Shown piece by piece: positions 62,471 through 64,000 of a stretch of 64,000 nt of DNA (positions within the stretch are counted from its first letter, which is position 1; every line of letters begins with the position of its first letter). The position numbers and the translations under genes are program-made. This DNA is from Acidimicrobiia bacterium (lineage in GTDB: Bacteria; Actinomycetota; Acidimicrobiia; Spongiisociales; ZC4RG35): contig JBGTNX010000115.1 of the NCBI GenBank assembly GCA_041742825.1, forward strand, positions 34,491-98,490, read 5' to 3'. A model generated the notes under the pieces. That model saw only the letters and a program-made list of their open reading frames with translations. It had not been told where the DNA came from and did no database searches.

Positions 62471-63022
62471 ATGGATTTTTCACATTACAGCGACGAGCCG
62501 GTCCAGCTTGCAGTCGACCTGGTCAACTCCCTCGACCCGATCAGCCAGGTGGAGAAACTGGAAACACCAGCGGACATCTCCGCCCTTGTCGGTGATCGGA
62601 CGTCGGGATGGGCCGAAGCCGAGTTAGACCCTACCGACAGAGATCTCAAGGAGATTCGGTCGTTGCGAAAACAACTTCGTGGGGTCTTCGAGACGGATGA
62701 CGAGACTGAGGCGGCCAGAATCCTCAACGCGGTGCTCGGCCAGGTTGGCGCGACCCCGCGTATCAGCGTCCACGGCATCGGACCCCACCTCCACTTCGAG
62801 GCCTCGGGGGAGAGCGTTGCCCGCTGGCTGGGGGCCGTTACCGCAATGGGCCTCACCACCGCCCTCATCGAAGGAGGTTTCGAGCGGTTCGGGACTTGCG
62901 ACTCGAAGACATGCGACGATGCCTACGTCGACACCTCTCGCAACCGGTCGCGGCGCAACTGCTCGGAGAAATGCACCACCAGGGAAAATGTCGCCGCCTA
63001 CCGCTCGCGACTCAACAATTGA
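62471..63022 (+). CDS. CGNR zinc-finger (ABATE) domain protein
   Basis: C-terminal CDSKTCDDAYVDTSRNRSRRNCSEKCTTRENVAAYR. AAGGGGTG RBS before ATG 62471. Confidence 0.8.
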   Translation: MDFSHYSDEPVQLAVDLVNSLDPISQVEKLETPADISALVGDRTSGWAEAELDPTDRDLKEIRSLRKQLRGVFETDDETEAARILNAVLGQVGATPRISVHGIGPHLHFEASGESVARWLGAVTAMGLTTALIEGGFERFGTCDSKTCDDAYVDTSRNRSRRNCSEKCTTRENVAAYRSRLNN

Positions 63023-63063
63023 GTGGAAGGCGCTCCGCGAGTGCTGAACTGACACGGTCCGCC

Positions 63064-64000
63064 ATGGCAATCGTTCTGGCGGTTCTAATCGTGGCTTGCG
63101 ACCCGGCCGCTACACCCCAGACCACCGCCCCGCCCGCCGACTCGCCGGTGACCACTCGAAGTGTGACATCTCCTCGGTCGACCACGTCCACAGTGGCTGT
63201 GACCACGACCACTGCCCCGGCCCCACCAACCACCGTCGCCGAGCGGGGCTGGTTGGTCATCCACGGCACAGGAGACGTCAATCTCGATGGTGATGTGATC
63301 AGAGCCTTGCGCACCAACGGTTATGGCCATGCCTGGTCGGGGCTGGGTGGTCTCTTCGGCGCTGATGACCTGACCATCATCAACCTCGAGTGCTCACCAT
63401 CGCCCGACGGACCTCCTGAGCCGAAGGAATTCGTGTTCGCCTGCGACACCGAGGCATACCCCGCGGCGGTCGAGGCAGGCATCGATGTGGTCAATCTCGG
63501 CAACAATCATTCACAGGATCACGGGAAGGCGGCGATGCTGGAGGGAAGGCGCATTCTCGAAGGCGTCGGGCTGAACCCAATCGGTGCGGGCTGGAATGAG
63601 GCCGAAGCGGGCAAGCCCGCATTTTTCGACCTCAACGGTTGGCGGGTTGCCGTCATCGGATTCGGCGGTGTCTTCCCGCATGAGGGGTGGTTCGCCACTC
63701 CCGACAGGCCCGGCATGCGCGACGGCGACACTATCGATCGCATGGTTGACGCAGTTGAGTCCGCGGATCGATTCGCCGACATCGTGATCGTCACCATCCA
63801 CTGGGGGGTCGAACTAGACGACAGGCCCCGTCCCGAGGACGCGGAACGCGCCCGAGCGATGATCGCGGCGGGAGCGGATGCAATCTTCGGTCATCACCCC
63901 CACCGCCTTCAGTCGCTGGAAATTGTCGACGGTCGGCCGGTGGCGTGGTCGCTGGGAAATTTCGTATGGCCCAGCCTCTCCCTTGCCGGGTCGACCACAG
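63064..64000 (+). CDS. CapA family (PGA_cap metallophosphatase-like) lipoprotein, 3'-truncated by window end
   Basis: My translation: MAIVLAVLIVAC lipobox, a Thr/Pro-rich linker, then NLECSP, VVNLGNNHSQDHG, VTIHWGVE and FGHHPH blocks. No stop before nt 64000. Confidence 0.8.
   Translation, partial: MAIVLAVLIVACDPAATPQTTAPPADSPVTTRSVTSPRSTTSTVAVTTTTAPAPPTTVAERGWLVIHGTGDVNLDGDVIRALRTNGYGHAWSGLGGLFGADDLTIINLECSPSPDGPPEPKEFVFACDTEAYPAAVEAGIDVVNLGNNHSQDHGKAAMLEGRRILEGVGLNPIGAGWNEAEAGKPAFFDLNGWRVAVIGFGGVFPHEGWFATPDRPGMRDGDTIDRMVDAVESADRFADIVIVTIHWGVELDDRPRPEDAERARAMIAAGADAIFGHHPHRLQSLEIVDGRPVAWSLGNFVWPSLSLAGSTT

Overview
High-GC, densely coding bacterial chromosome segment with an actinobacterial flavour. 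The taxonomic guess is an inference from gene content: F420-type LLM oxidoreductase, a Ddn-family enzyme, LCP, a DUF360 protein, a DevRS-like two-component pair, frequent GTG/TTG starts and 1-4 nt start/stop overlaps. I support about 75 CDS, one frameshifted pseudogene, one riboswitch, and a handful of promoters, operators and terminators. I saw no rRNA, tRNA, CRISPR array, transposase, integrase or prophage block, and nothing resembling a known defence island.

Gene order:
- GNAT acetyltransferase.
- Arsenic cluster: ArsC, an aquaporin, and an ArsR-ArsC fusion.
- Dps, then two small coupled ORFs.
- F420-type LLM oxidoreductase and a phosphoribosyltransferase.
- CopB-type Cu ATPase behind a MerR-type promoter.
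- CPA2 antiporter fused to two USP domains, behind a ydaO-class c-di-AMP riboswitch.
- A roughly 9.6 kb envelope aminosugar cluster in two convergent operons: GT-C-like membrane protein, DegT, Gfo/Idh/MocA, LbH acetyltransferase, FAD oxidoreductase, deacetylase; then GT2, WecB and a methyltransferase on the other strand.
- AceK, a fused membrane/spermidine-synthase-like protein, and a cupin.
- ABC-2 exporter operon ending in a TetR regulator.
- CPBP protease and a YqeY-like protein.
- DrrAB-like exporter plus DUF1801.
- Lipid genes: hydrolase, KAS III, PlsC-like acyltransferase, DUF1295.
- ppa, an ECF sigma factor with a long C-terminal extension, LCP, and a CDF transporter.
- Divergent zur-znuC / znuAB locus.
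- Pirin, a cupredoxin, and an AlkZ/YcaQ-like protein.
- Dormancy-like block: CBS-BON, NarL regulator, GAF kinase, CBS, PNPOx, and an RRM RNA-binding protein.
- A small zinc-ribbon ORF coupled to Ddn, then a frameshifted VOC gene.
- A second ABC-2 exporter plus DUF1801; YidB; DUF360; DUF885.
- A membrane-anchored EEP protein coupled to a DksA/TraR zinc finger.
- Flavin reductase, OsmC, NagA, an orphan sensor kinase, a CGNR protein, and CapA (truncated at the window end).

Most interesting signals, none proven here:
1. The c-di-AMP riboswitch controlling a CPA2-USP fusion, which may be regulated by the nucleotide at two levels.
2. An Arn/PpgS-like lipid-carrier aminosugar modification pathway that includes an unexplained FAD enzyme.
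3. A CueR-like promoter on CopB with no regulator gene in the window.
4. An unannotated zinc-ribbon small ORF translationally coupled to an F420-type enzyme.
5. A terminator-like leader hairpin in front of an RRM protein gene.

All homology calls come from reading motifs in the supplied translations. No searches were run.
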